Positions 38,416 through 53,915 of a DNA stretch of 64,000 nucleotides are shown here, one piece after another (position 1 is the first letter of the stretch; each line of letters opens with the position of its first letter). The notes beneath the pieces are model-generated. The model worked only from the letters and a program-made list of their open reading frames with translations, searched no databases and was not told the DNA's origin. A program made the translations under genes and the position numbers. This DNA is from Balanoglossus misakiensis (lineage: Eukaryota > Animalia > Hemichordata): NCBI GenBank assembly GCA_040954595.2, contig CM082596.2, forward strand, positions 9,878,461 to 9,942,460. Direction: 5' to 3'.

Positions 38416-40262
38416 CTGAGACTCGCCAAGTACACTATATGTTTATATTACTAGAGAGTTCAGAATCCAATATGGCCGCCATACGAACTGGGACATACTG
38501 TGTAATCAGATTATTTTCTAAACTTGTCATATTTTAATTTCTCGATCTCACAAATAAAAATGAAATGCCAAAAACTGAGTAACTTTCGTTTCTTCCCGCT
38601 TGGTGTCCATTAAAGTCTTTTTCCTCCCACTGGGAAAGTGGCTAGAGTCAATATGTGCATAATGGCAGCATTATATGGCACTGAATAAATGGCAGGGGTG
38701 TTTACATCTCCTAATTTGTTTTCACTTAAACCATTATAAATATCTAACAGTATATGATCATATTGTGTATGCAACTCGGAGATGTGTTTCACTTCAGGGT
38801 TGGAAGTTTGTTTAGTCAAGTCTGGGAAGTGACATGTCTTCAAAGTGACTGATGTTATCTGCTTAGAGCTGAATGCCCATTGGTGTTCTTTCCTAGGAAT
38901 ACATTTTCTTTGCATTTCATAGACCTGTGTATAATTATAATTTCAGTTATATATTCTAATTTGCGTTTAGGTAGAGTATGCATGGAATTAAAATAATTAT
39001 TCTGTAATTACCCAACAAAAATGTTGGTCTTACAATTGTCTAGCAAGTGGATATTTTGATTGTTAATTTGCACAGGCAACATTATGGAAGTAGCATAAAG
39101 AGTATTCAATAATATAGCAGACCTTCTAGCCAGAAAGAAGAGCTTAGAAGATTTATCAGCTCATAATATTCCTTTAACCAATGAACTTTATATGAACTTG
39201 CACACCTGCCTTCAAGATACAGGGATTAATGTTCAGGAAACCTTACCAGCTCTAGTACATTTATTTCAGCCAGAAATTGAATTACCAGATAAAAAAATCA
39301 GTAATTTTACAAAGATACAGTCAGAAAATAAATGGAGAAAGCCAGCAAGGAAGGCATAAAAGTGGAATACATGAAAGACACAGTTAGCTTAAACTACATG
39401 TGTATGCAGTAAAAACTGTATGGTGCAAGGACGTTCATTTTTATGATTTATAGCCAGCCAGTCTTTCCATGCATATCATACCAAAATTAATATGAAAATT
39501 GTGTAAATGTTAATAGACTACAAGGAAAGTACAAATACATGTAGAAATTACACTATCCAACTTTCTCCACTTTTGATATCTGCTCAACACAGGCAAGCAA
39601 AAGGGCCGATCTGAGAGTTTGACTTGAATGATGGCAATTTTTGCTGTCCAGAAGTAACTGTATAAAATATTTTTTGGTAGTAGTATTATTGCTCAAAATA
39701 CACAAGAATTTAAATATCTCCGCTCGCTACAGTGATTGAACTGATTTTCAGCAAATTGCAGTGTATAAATAAACATTGCCATCTAATGAAATATCAATCC
39801 AATATGGCCGCCCATTTGCAATGGTAAAATGCTAGGTTTTTCCTTTTTTGAGCGCCTGGGAATTTAAATTATAATCCAGATATCAAACACTTAAGTCACT
39901 ATCTGTATCTGCACATATATTGTAATATATTCTGAAAATTTCGTTACAATTAGATCAACTATGATTGAGACACGGAACATCAAACATTGCAAAATTTCAT
40001 ATTTCCCATGGTGCCATGCAAAAAATAGAGAGATTTTCTTTACAAGTTTAGATGATCTCCTGTAAAACTGAAAGAAGTATTCTTCTGTGAATCGTGCATA
40101 ATTTTTTGAAAAATGTTGAAGGTACTTGAGAATATCAGTATTTTTTGATGCTTTTGTACCTTGAAAACTGGTGAACCGATTTTGATAATTTTCTTTATTA
40201 TAACCTACAAAGACCTATAAACATTTTTTATCAGTAAAATAAACAGCCTTATATAATTTTAC

Positions 40263-40951
40263 TGGTCCAGCTGTTACAGAGACCACTGGCTATTTTATTA
40301 TAAACTGGTGGTAGGTCAGTGAATGCCTCTGTCTGATTGGACTAATTAGCTTGTCATACTCGCATGTATTTTTAAAGACAGTTTTTGGACAACAATCAGC
40401 TGTGGTCCAGCTGTTACAGAGACCTCCGGCTATTTATTATAAACTGGTGGTAGGTCAGTAAATGCCTCTGTCTGATTGGACTAATTAGCTTGTCATACTC
40501 GCATGTATTTTACAGACAGTTTTTGGACAAAAATCAGTTGTGGTCCAGCTGTTACAGAGACCACCGGCTATTTTATTATAAACTGGTGGTAGGTCAGTGA
40601 ATGCCTCTGTCTGATAGGACTAATTAGCTTGTCATACTCGCATGTATTTTACAGACAATTTTTGGACAAAAATCAGTTGTGGTCCAGCTGTTACAGAGAC
40701 CACCGACTATTTTATTATAAACTGGTGGTAGGTCAGTGAATGCCCTTGTCTGATAGGACTAATTAGCTTGTCATACTCGCATGAATTTTACAGACAGTTT
40801 TTGGACAAAAATCAGCTGTGGTCCAGCTGTTACAGAGACCACCGGTTATTTTATTATAAACTGGTGGTAGGTCAGTGAATGCCTCTGTCTGATTGGACTA
40901 ATTAGCTTGTCATACTCGCATGTATTTTACAGGCAGTTTTTGGACAAAAAT
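40263..40951. repeat. 139-bp tandem repeat, 5 copies
   Basis: tggtccagctgttacagagacc at 40263, 40403, 40541, 40680, 40819. Confidence 0.97.
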
Positions 40952-42896
40952 CTGTTTTTTTAGTGCTGCTTGTAGGATTGCAGTGACACATAACACTTGA
41001 TTGGGCATAGTGAATTTTTTTATGTTTCCATAGTATTTGAATATTTTTGCCATATATGCTTGCCAATGTCGCCCGTGATTTTAATTCTGGCGAATACCTA
41101 AAATCTGTGTAATCCCCAAATGGCACAACAGTATCCTATATGCTATGTTTTAAGAAGTTAATTATACATAGATATGCATCTTGTTAAAATGCACAACAGT
41201 CACGATTTTGTTCACACGAGTTTGATTGCTGCCAGGACATAACCCAAATATTTTGATAATTTTGGCAATGACCTTTGAACTACTATCCCATGCCTTGGCA
41301 TGTACAGCAGATACAGCCTTCAAATTTGGAGGACTGGAACACCTAATGAAGTACATGTATTAACTTTAACACAATAATTATGTACATAAGCTCTTTAAAG
41401 TTACCCAATAGATCTTAGAAGTCTGGTTTTTGCTGGACACTGATTAGTTTGATATCAAAATTTGTTGGCCCAACTTTGCGTGAACTCTGGCTTACTTACC
41501 ATTTCTCAGCACCCATAACAAATACAGCCTTTGCTTTCTGTTGGAACCATGCTAACCACTTTGGCTCCTCCAATGCTGCTTATAGTTGGGTCTTCTTCAT
41601 GGCAGCCATATTTGATTTTTGGATAACCTTTAAAAGTTGACATTTTTTTCAAAAATTACAAGGCCAATCAAGTTCTAATTTACAGTCCGTTCCAATTTTT
41701 TTCAATAATATTGTTAGTGGTCATGCGAATTTGGATTCATTATGGATTTTTGAAAAATCTCATGAAAAATTTCCAAAGTCTTTTTTTAATCAAGCTTTCA
41801 AGTGAATTGTGATTGCTTTAACCTTATTCGAGCCAAATTGTATTTTCTGAACACCGATGAAAAACAAAGATTTCCTATTTCTAGCCTACTCATTGATAGC
41901 ACACAAATTAATTTTATTGATACGAGTCACCATATGACTAGAATACGTTACATTTTTGGCAACTTTCACATGTTCTTTGATCCAGTTGTTTTTCAGAATT
42001 TGATTAAACAATTTATTGGCCACTCTCACATGTCCTTTGATCCAGTAATTCTAGAACTTAATTTTATGTGGATATGCCTCTTGTTAAAAAGCACAACAGT
42101 CATGATTTTGTTCACATGAGAACTATTGCTGCCAGGACATAACCCAACTATTTTTATAATTCTGGCAATGATCTACTTTCCCATAACTTGCCATGCACAG
42201 CAGATACAGCTTTCAAATTTAGGGGACTGGAACATCTAATGAAGTATTAATCTTTAACACAATACTGATGTACGTATCCTATTTAAAGTTAACCAATAGA
42301 GCTTAGAACTTTGGTTCTTGTTGAACACTGATCAGTTTGATATCAGATTTTGTTGGCACAATTTTGCGTGACCTCTGGCTTACTTACCATTTCTAGCCAT
42401 CCAAAAAAGATACAGAGCTTGCTTTCTGTTGGAACCATGTTAACTGCTTTGGCACCTGTAATGCTGCATGTTCCTTTAATTGTCTTCTTCATGGTGGCTA
42501 TATTGAATTTTCTGATAACCTCTAAAAGTTGACATTTTTTTCAAAACTACAGGGCCAATCAAGTTCTAATTTACTGTCCCTTCCAATTTTTTTCAATAAT
42601 ATTGTTAGTGGTCATGCGAATTTGGATTCATTATGGATTTTTGAAAAATGTCATGAAAAATTTCCAAAGTCTTTTTTTAATCAAGCTTTCAAGTGTATTG
42701 TGATTGCTTTAACCTTATTCGAGCCAAATTGGATTTTCTGAACTCTGATTAAAAACGAAGATTTCCTATTTCTAGCCTACTCATTGAAAGCACGCAAATT
42801 CATTTTATTGATATGAGTCACCATATGAATAGAATACTTTACATTTTTTGGCAAATTTCACATGTCCTTTGATTCAGATTTGTTAGAACTGAATTG

Positions 42897-45800
42897 TACT
42901 TGGATATGTCTCTTGTTAAAAAGCACAACAGTCATGATTGTGTTCACTTGAGTTTTGTCGCTGCCAGGACATAACCGAAATATTTTGATAATTTTGGCAA
43001 TGACCCTTGATCTACTTGGATATGTCTCATGTTAAAAAGCACAACAGTCTTGATTTTGTTCACACGAGTTTTATCGCTGCCAGGACATAACCAAAATATT
43101 TTGATAATTTTGGCAATGACCCTTGATCTACTTGGATATGTCTCTTGTTAAAAAGCACAACAGTCTTGATTTTGTTCACATGAGTTTTATCGCTGCCAGG
43201 ACATAACCCAAGTATTTTGATAATTTTGGCAATGACCCTTGATCTACTTGGATATGTCTCTTGTTAAAAAGCACAACAGTCATGATTGTGTTCACACGAG
43301 TTTTATTGCTGCCAGGACATAACCCAAATATTTTGTTAAGTTTGGCAATGACCCTTGATCTTCTTGGATATGTCTCTTGTTAAAAAGCACAACTGTCATG
43401 ATTTTGTTCACATGAGTTTTATTGCTGCCAGGACATAACCCAAATATTTTGATAATTTTGGCAATGACCCTTGATCTACTTGGATATGTCTCTTGTTAAA
43501 AAGCACAACAGTCAGGATTTTGTTCACATGAGTTTTATCACTGCCAGGACATAACCCAAATATATTGATAATTTTGGCAATGACCCTTGATCTACTTGGA
43601 TATGTCTCTTGTTAAAATACACAACAGTCTTGATTTTGTTCACATGAGTTTTATCGCTGCCAGGACATAACCCAAATATTTTGATAATTTTGGCAATGAC
43701 CCTTGATCTACTTGGATATGTCTCTTGTTAAAAAGCACAACAGTCATGATTGTGTTAACACGAGTTTTATTGCTGCCAGGACATAACCCAAATATTTTGA
43801 TAATTTTGGCAATGACCCTTGATCTTCTTGGATATGTCTCTTGTTAAAAAGCACAACAGTCATGATTTTGTTCACATGAGTTTTATTGCTGCCAGGACAT
43901 AACCCAAATATTTTGATAATTTTGGCAATGACCCTTGATCTACTTGGATATGTCTCTTGTTAAAAAGCACAACAGTCAGGATTTTGTTCACATGAGTTTT
44001 ATTGCTTCCAGGACATAACCAAAATATTTTGATACTTTTGGCAATGACTCTTGATCTACTTTGATATGTCTCTTGTTAAAAAGCACAACAGTCAGGATTT
44101 TGTTCACATGAGTACTATTGCTGGCAGGACATAACCAAACTATTTTGATAATTTTGGCAATGACTCTTCATCTACTTGGATATGTCTCTTGTTAAAATGC
44201 ACAACATACATGATTTTGTTCACATGAATTCTATTGCTGTCAGGACATAACCCAAATATTTTGATAATTATGGCAATGACCCTTGAACTACTTGGATATG
44301 TCTCTTGATAAACAGCCAAACAGTCATGATTGTGTTCACACGAGTTTTATTGCTGCCAGGACATAACCCAAATATTTTGATAATTTTGGCAATGACCCTT
44401 GATCGACTTGGATATGTCTCTTGTTAAAAAGCACAACAGTCATGATTTTGTTTACGTGACTACTATTGCTGCCAGGACTTAACCCAAATATTTTGATAAT
44501 TTTGGCAATGACCCTTGATCTACTTAGATATGTCTCTTGATAAAAAGCACAACAGTCATGATTGTGTTCACACGAGTTTTATTGCTGCCAGGACATAACC
44601 CAAATATTTGGGTTATGACCCTTGATCTACTTGGATATGTCTCTTGTTAAAAAGCACAACAGTCAGGATTTTGTTCACATGAGTTTTATCACTGCCAGGA
44701 CATAACCCAAATATATTGATAATTTTGGCAATGACCCTTGATCTACTTGGATATGTCTCTTGTTATAATACACAACAGTCTTGATTTTGTTCACATGAGT
44801 ACTATTGCTGGCAGGACATAACCAAACTATTTTGATAATTTTGGCAATGACTCTTCATCTACTTGGATATGTCTCTTGTTAAAATGCACAACATACATGA
44901 TTTTATTCACATGAATTCTATTGCTGTCAGGACATAACCCAAATATTTTGATAATTATGGCAATGACCCTTGAACTACTTGGATATGTCTCTTGATAAAC
45001 AGCCCAACAGTCATGATTGTGTTCACACGAGTTTTATTGCTGCCAGGACATAACCCAAATATTTTGATAATTTTGGCAATGACCCTTGATCGACTTGGAT
45101 ATGTCTCTTGTTAAAAAGCACAACAGTCATGATTTTGTTTACGTGACTACTATTGCTGCCAGGACTTAACCCAAATGTTTTGATAATTTTGGCAATGACC
45201 CTTGATCTACTTAGATATGTCTCTTGATAAAAAGCACAACAGTCATGATTGTGTTCACACGAGTTTTATTGCTGCCAGGACATAACCCAAATATTTTTAT
45301 AATTTTGGCCATGACCCTTGATCTACTTGGATATGTCTCTTGTTAAAAAGCACAACAGTCATGATTTTGTTTACGTGACTACTATTGCTGCCAGGACATA
45401 CACCAAATATTTTGATAATTTTGGCAATGACCCTTGATCTACTTGGATATGTCTCTTGTTAAAAAGCACAACAGTCATTATTTTGTTCACATGAGTTTTA
45501 TTGCTGCCAGGACATAACCTAAATATTTTGATAATTATGGCAATGACCCTTGAACTACTTGGATATGTCTCTTGATAAAAAGCCCAACAGTCATTATTTT
45601 GTTCACACGAGTTTTATTGCTGCCATGACATAACCCAAATATTTTGATAATTTTGGCAATGACCCTTGAACTACTTGGATATGTCTCTTGTTAAAAAGCA
45701 CAACAGTCATTATTTTGTTCACATGAGTTTTATTGCTGCCAGGACATAACACAAATATTTTGATAATTTTGGCAATGACCCTTGATCTACTTGGATATGT

Positions 45801-48800
45801 CTCTTGTTAAAGAGCACAACAAGTCATTATTGTGTTCACATGAGTTTTATTGCTGCCGGGACATAACCAAAATATTTTGATAATTTTGGCAATGACCCTT
45901 GATCTACTTGGATATGTCTCTTGTTAAAAAGCACAACAGTCATGATTTTGTTTACGTGACTACTATTGCTGCCAGGACATAACCCAAATATTTTGATAAT
46001 TTTGGCAATGACCCTTGATCTACTTGGATATGTCTCTTGTTAAAAAGCACAACAGTCATGATTGTGTTCACACGAGTTTTATTGCTGCCAGGACATAACC
46101 CAAATATTTTGATAATTTTGGCAATGACCCTTGATCTACTTGGATATGTCTCTTGATAAAAAGCACAACAGTCATGATTGTGTTCACATGAGTTTTATTG
46201 CTGCCAGGACATAACCGAAATATTTTGATAATTTTGGTAATGACCCTTGATCTTCTTGGATATGTCTCTTGTTAAAAAGCACAACAGTCATGATTGTGTT
46301 CACACGAGTTTGATTGCTGCCAGGACATAACCCAAATATTTTGATAATTTTGGCAATGACCCTTGATCTACTTGGATATGTCTCTTGTTAAAAAGCACAT
46401 CAGTCATGATTTTGTTAACATGAATTTTATTGCTGCCAGGACATATACAAAATATTTTGATAATTTTGGCAATGACTCTTGATCTACATGAGTTTTATTG
46501 CTGACATGCCATAACCCAAATATTTTGATAATTTTGGCAATGACCCTTGATCTACTTGGATATGTCTCTTGTTAAAAAGCACAACAGTCATGATTGTGTT
46601 CACACAAGTTTTATTGCTGCCAGGACATAACCCAAATATTTTTTATAATTTTGGCCATGACCCTTGATCTACTTGGATATGTCTCTTGTTAAAAAGCACA
46701 ACAGTCATGATTTTGTTTACGTGACTACTATTGCTGCCAGGACTTAACCCAAATATTTTGATAATCTTGGCAATGACCCTTGATCTACTTGGATATGTCT
46801 CTTGATAAAAAGCACAACAGTCATGATTGTGTTCACACGAGTTTTATTGCTGCCAGGACATAACCCAAATATTTTGATAATTTTGGCCATGACCCTTGAT
46901 CTACTTGGATATGTCTCTTGTTAAAAAGCACAACAGTCATAATTTTGTTTACGTGACTACTATTGCTGCCAGGACTTAACCCAAATATTTTGATAATTTT
47001 GGCAATGACCCTTGATCTACTTGGATATGTCTCTTGATAAAAAGCACAACAGTCATGATTGTGCTCACATGCGTTTTATTGCTGCCAGGACATATACCAA
47101 ATATTTTGATAATTTTGGCAATGACTCTTGATCTACTTGGATATGTCTCTTGTTAAAAAGCACAACAAGTCATTATTGTGTTCACATGAGTTTTATTGCT
47201 GCCAGGACATAACCAAAATATTTTGATAATTTTGGCAATGACCCTTGATCTACTTGGATATGTCTCTTGTTAAAAAGCACAACAGTCATGATTTTGTTTA
47301 CGTGACTACTATTGCTGCCAGGACATAACCCAAATATTTTGATAATTTTGGCAATGACCCTTGATCTACTTGGATATGTCTCTTGTTAAAAAGCACAACA
47401 GTCATGATTGTGTTCACACGAGTTTTATTGCTGCCAGGACATAACCCAAATATTTTGATAATTTTGGCAATGACCCTTGATCTACTTGGATATGTCTCTT
47501 GATAAAAAGCACAACAGTCATGATTGTGTTCACATGAGTTTTATTGCTGCCAGGACATAACCCAAATATTTTGATAATTTTGGTAATGACCCTTGATCTT
47601 CTTGGATATGTCTCTTGTTAAAAAGCACAACAGTCATGATTGTGTTCACACGAGTTTGATTGCTGCCAGGACATAACCCAAATATTTTGATAATTTTGGC
47701 AATGACCCTTGATCTACTTGGATATGTCTCTTGTTAAAAAGCACATCAGTCATGATTTTGTTAACATGAATTTTATTGCTGCCGGGACATATACCAAATA
47801 TTTTGATAATTTTGGCAATGACTCTTGATCTACATGAGTTTTATTGCTGACATGCCATAACCCAAATATTTTGATAATTTTGGCAATGACCCTTGATCTA
47901 CTTGGATATGTCTCTTGTTAAAAAGCACAACAGTCATGATTGTGTTCACACAAGTTTTATTGCTGCCAGGACATAACCCAAATATTTTTTATAATTTTGG
48001 CCATGACCCTTGATCTACTTGGATATGTCTCTTGTTAAAAAGCACAACAGTCATGATTGTGTTCACACGAGTTTTATTGCTGCCAGGACATAACCCAAAT
48101 ATTTTGATAATTTTGGCAATGACCCTTGATCTACTTGGATATGTCTCTTGATAAAAAGCACAACAGTCATGATTGTGTTTACATGAGTTTTATTGCTGCC
48201 AGGACATAACCGAAATATTTTGATAATTTTGGTAATGACCCTTGATCTTCTTGGATATGTCTCTTGTTAAAAAGCACAACAGTCATGATTGTGTTCACAC
48301 GAGTTTGATTGCTGCCAGGACATAACCCAAATATTTTGATAATTTTGGCAATGACCCTTGATCTACTTGGATATGTCTCTTGTTAAAAAGCACATCAGTC
48401 ATGATTTTGTTAACATGAATTTTATTGCTGCCAGGACATATACAAAATATTTTGATAATTTTGGCAATGACTCTTGATCTACATGAGTTTTATTGCTGAC
48501 ATGCCATAACCCAAATATTTTGATAATTTTGGCAATGACCCTTGATCTACTTGGATATGTCTCTTGTTAAAAAGCACAACAGTCATGATTGTGTTCACAC
48601 AAGTTTTATTGCTGCCAGGACATAACCCAAATATTTTTTATAATTTTGGCCATGACCCTTGATCTACTTGGATATGTCTCTTGTTAAAAAGCACAACAGT
48701 CATGATTTTGTTTACGTGACTACTATTGCTGCCAGGACTTAACCCAAATATTTTGATAATCTTGGCAATGACCCTTGATCTACTTGGATATGTCTCTTGA

Positions 48801-51521
48801 TAAAAAGCACAACAGTCATGATTGTGTTCACACGAGTTTTATTGCTGCCAGGACATAACCCAAATATTTTGATAATTTTGGCCATGACCCTTGATCTACT
48901 TGGATATGTCTCTTGTTAAAAAGCACAACAGTCATGATTTTGTTTACGTGACTACTATTGCTGCCAGGACTTAACCCAAATATTTTGATAATTTTGGCAA
49001 TGACCCTTGATCTACTTGGATATGTCTCTTGATAAAAAGCACAACAGTCATGATTGTGCTCACATGCGTTTTATTGCTGCCAGGACATATACCAAATATT
49101 TTGATAATTTTGGCAATGACTCTTGATCTACTTGGATATGTCTCTTGTTAAAAAGCACAACAAGTCATTATTGTGTTCACATGAGTTTTATTGCTGCCAG
49201 GACATAACCAAAATATTTTGATAATTTTGGCAATGACCCTTGATCTACTTGGATATGTCTCTTGTTAAAAAGCACAACAGTCATGATTTTGTTTACGTGA
49301 CTACTATTGCTGCCAGGACATAACCCAAATATTTTGATAATTTTGGCAATGACCCTTGATCTACTTGGATATGTCTCTTGTTAAAAAGCACAACAGTCAT
49401 GATTGTGTTCACACGAGTTTTATTGCTGCCAGGACATAACCCAAATATTTTGATAATTTTGGCAATGACCCTTGATCTACTTGGATATGTCTCTTGATAA
49501 AAAGCACAACAGTCATAATTGTGTTCACATGAGTTTTATTGCTGCCAGGACATAACCCAAATATTTTGATAATTTTGGTAATGACCCTTGATCTTCTTGG
49601 ATATGTCTCTTGTTAAAAAGCACAACAGTCATGATTGTGTTCACACGAGTTTGATTGCTGCCAGGACATAACCCAAATATTTTGATAATTTTGGCAATGA
49701 CCCTTGATCTACTTGGATATGTCTCTTGTTAAAAAGCACATCAGTCATGATTTTGTTAACATGAATTTTATTGCTGCCGGGACATATACCAAATATTTTG
49801 ATAATTTTGGCAATGACTCTTGATCTACATGAGTTTTATTGCTGACATGCCATAACCCAAATATTTTGATAATTTTGGCAATGACCCTTGATCTACTTGG
49901 ATATGTCTCTTGTTAAAAAGCACAACAGTCATGATTGTGTTCACACAAGTTTTATTGCTGCCAGGACATAACCCAAATATTTTTTATAATTTTGGCCATG
50001 ACCCTTGATCTACTTGGATATGTCTCTTGTTAAAAAGCACAACAGTCATGATTTTGTTTACGTGACTACTATTGCTGCCAGGACTTAACCCAAATATTTT
50101 GATAATCTTGGCAATGACCCTTGATCTACTTGGATATGTCTCTTGATAAAAAGCACAACAGTCATGATTGTGTTCACACGAGTTTTATTGCTGCCAGGAC
50201 ATAACCCAAATATTTTGATAATTTTGGCCATGACCCTTGATCTACTTGGATATGTCTCTTGTTAAAAAGCACAACAGTCATGATTTTGTTTACGTGACTA
50301 CTATTGCTGCCAGGACTTAACCCAAATATTTTGATAATTATGGCAATGACCCGTGATCTTCTTTGATATGTCTCTTGTTAAAGAGCACAACAGTCATGAT
50401 TGTGTTCACACGAGTTTTATTGCTGTCAGGACATAACCCAAATATTTTGATAATTTTGGCAATGACCCTTGATCTACTTGGATATGTCTCTTGTTAAAAA
50501 GCACATCTGTCTTGATTTTGTTAACATGAGTTTTATTGCTGCCAGAACATACACCAAATATTTTGATAATTTGGGCAATGACTCTTGATCTACTTGGATA
50601 TGTCTCTTGTTAAAAAGCACAACAGTCATTATTTTGTTCACATGAGTTTTATTGCTGCCAGGACATAACCTAAATATTTTGATAATTATGGCAATGACCC
50701 TTGAACTACTTGGATATGTCTCTTGTTAAAAAGCACAACAGTCATTATTTTGTTCACATGAGTTTTATTGCTGCCAGGACAAAACCAAAATATTTTGATA
50801 ATTTTGGCAATGACCCTTGATCTACTTGGATATGTCTCTTGTTAAAAAGCACAACAGTCATGATTTTGTTTACGTGACTACTATTGCTGCCAGGACATAA
50901 CCCAAATATTTTGATAATTTTGGCAATGACCCTTGATCTACTTGGATATGTCTCTTGTTTAAAAGCACAACAGTCATGATTGTGTTCACACGAGTTTTAT
51001 TGCTGCCAGGACATAACCCAAATATTTTGATAATTTTGGCAATGACCCTTGATCTACTTGGATATGTCTCTTGTTAAAAAGCACAACAGTCATTATTTTG
51101 TTCACATGAGTTTTATTGCTGCCAGGACAAAACCAAAATATTTTGATAATTTTGGCAATGACCCTTGATCTACTTGGATATGTCTCTTGTTAAAAAGCAC
51201 AACAGTCATGATTTTGTTTACGTGACTACTATTGCTGCCAGGACATAACCCAAATATTTTGATAATTTTGGCAATGACCCTTGATCTACTTGGATATGTC
51301 TCTTGTTAAAAAGCACAACAGTCATGATTTGTTCACACAAGTACTACTGCTGCCAGGGCATAACCCAAATATTTTGATAATTTTGGCAATGACCCTTGAT
51401 CTACTTGGGTATGTCTCTTTTTAAAAAGCACAACAGTCATGATTTTGTTCACATGAGTTTTATTGCTGCCAGGACATAACCCAAATATTTTGATAATTTT
51501 GGCAATGACCCTTGATCTACA
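42897..51521. repeat. 116-bp satellite array, about 75 monomers, with higher-order repeats
   Basis: Monomer tacttggatatgtctcttgttaaaaagcacaacagtcatgattttgttcacatgagttttattgctgccaggacataacccaaatattttgataattttggcaatgacccttgatc at 43013, 43129, 43245 and onward. Confidence 0.98.
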
Positions 51522-52409
51522 TTTCCAAAACTTGGTATGCACAGCATATACAGCTGTTAAATTTAGAGGACCGGAACACCTAATGAAGTACATGTATTAA
51601 CCTTAACACAATAATTATGTATATAAGCTATTTAAAGTTAACCAATAAAGCGTAGAAGTCTGCTTTTTGTTGGACACTGATCAGTTTGGTATCAAATTTT
51701 GTTGGCACATTTTGCATCACCTCTAGCTTACTTTACCATTTCTAGGCATCCACAACAGATACAGCCTTTGCTTTCTGTTGGAACCATGCTAACCGCTTTG
51801 GCCACTCCAATGCTACTTTTAGTTTTAATTGTCTTCTTCATGGCGGCCATATTGGCTTTTCTAATAAGCTTTAAAAGTTGAAATTTTCATAATCTACAGG
51901 GCCAATCAAGTTCTAATTTACTGTGCGATTGAAAGTTTGACAAAAATATCATTAGTGGTCATGTGACTTTTGTTGCCTTATGGATTTTTTAAAAATCTCA
52001 TTAAAAAACTTCAAAAATCTTTTTCTAATCTAGTTTTCAAGTGAATTGTGATTGGCTAAACCTTATTGGAGTCAAATTGGATTTTCTGAACAACGATTTA
52101 AAACTAAGATTTCCTATTTCTGGCCTACTCATTAATTATTCGTGGATATGCCTCTTGTTGAAAAGCACAATGGTGATGATTTTTTTCACACGAATAGTAC
52201 TGCTGCCAGGACATAACCCAAATTTTTTGATAACATTGGCATTGAACTTTGAAGTTTGGCACCTGTATTCTTTTCTGAATATCTTATGGCGCCTAGACTA
52301 ATAGCACTAGAGGTTTGGTTTTTGATGTATATGGACAAGTATGGGACTTAGCTTTTTTTAGGGGCACAAGCCTATCGGGCTTGTGCCCCTATTGGTATTG
52401 TTGGAATTT

Positions 52410-53905
52410 TTAGGGCCCAAGCGCAAGCAAGCGCTTGGGCCCTATTGGTTTCGTTGGGGTTTTTCTGTCTTTCTTTCTTCTTTCTTTCTTTCTTTATTCT
52501 TGTGTCAATTCTTTGTCGCTCTAGATCTCAGAGACCACTGCAGGTACACTTCTGAAACTTGCTACAGTGGTCAAGGTCAATGAGTAGTCGTGCATTGAAC
52601 CCTTGAATTTTTAATTAGTCACATGACCTGGCGGCCATCTTGGATTTTCTGAAAAAATGCAAATCTCAGATCTCAGAAACTACAAGTCAGATCGACTTCA
52701 AATTTGGCGTGCAGGTAGACTACCTTCTGCCCATCATTTTTGTAATTGGAAATTATGCTGTCAATGTTGCAGTTTTTTTGCTACAATTTTTTTTCTGAAA
52801 TCTGGTCAAAATTTCAAAAATCTTCTTCTCCAGAACCGGTGACAACCGAGACACGGGGTTTGGTGTATGTGGTCACCTAACTGATGTCTATCAAGTTTGC
52901 GAAGATCATTGTGATTGGTCGAAGATTATGGCGGCCATATTGGATTTTCGAAAAACCATAGTAAAACTCAAAAAATCTTCTTCTCCAGAACGGGCGATAA
53001 CTGAGTCGCAAGATTCGGGGAGTTTGGTCACTTCACTGATGTCTATCAAGTTTGCAAAGAGCATTGTGATTGGTCGAAGATTATGGCGGCCATATTGGAT
53101 TTTGTAAAAAGCAGTGAAAAATTGAAATTCCTTTTCCTAGTCTAAAAATTGATAGCATACAAACTCTTTTTATGGATATCAATCGTCACGTGACTAAATT
53201 ATGTTACAATTTTTTGGCGATTTTTCACATGACCTTTGACCTACTTTTCACACGTTATTATTTCTGCATATCTATTTCCAGGCTAACCTATAGGGCTAGA
53301 CGTTTGGTTTTTGATGCATGTGGATTAGTGTGTGATCAAAATATTTTGCTACTTTTCATGACCCCTTTGACCTCTGCTGACCTCATTAATTATGCACATA
53401 GCTAATTACAGGCGAACCAATAGAGCTAGAGGTTTGGTTTTTGTTGGACATGGACCACTATGGGAACAAAATTTTTTGCCCAAATGTTGGGTGACCTCTG
53501 GTGACCTTTGACCTACTTTCGCATATCTCAGCATCCAGAGCAGATACAGCCATGGCATTTGGTAGGATGGGACCAAAATGTAAAGCCACATTTTTGGGTC
53601 ACCTGTGACACCTGCTGACCTCATTAAATATGTACATACCTAATTACAGACGAACCAATAGAGCTAGAGTTTTGGTTTTTGTTGGACATGGCCCAGCATG
53701 GGTCAAAAAATTTTGCCCAAATGTTGGGTGACCTCAGGTGATCTTTGACCTACTTTACCCTATTTCAGCCGCAAAAATACACACGTCCTTGTTATGTCAT
53801 GAGATAATACACCTGATAGAAAATTCTGTTTCTTCTCATTCATACTGTGCATATATAATTCAAGATCAGCGCTTGGGCCCGACAATGCTGCTCGCAGCTT
53901 TAATT
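52410..53905 (+). mobile_element. HINE-like element B, nested in A
   Basis: 5' hairpin tagggcccaagcgc..gcgcttgggcccta, (tttc)n microsatellite, 3' end gcttgggcccgacaatgctgctcgcagctttaatt. Confidence 0.8.
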
Positions 53906-53915
53906 CTTCTTATTA

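Noticed and set aside
42897-51521. CRISPR-like array
   Set aside because: Monomers are contiguous with no unique spacers, there are no cas genes, and the context is eukaryotic.
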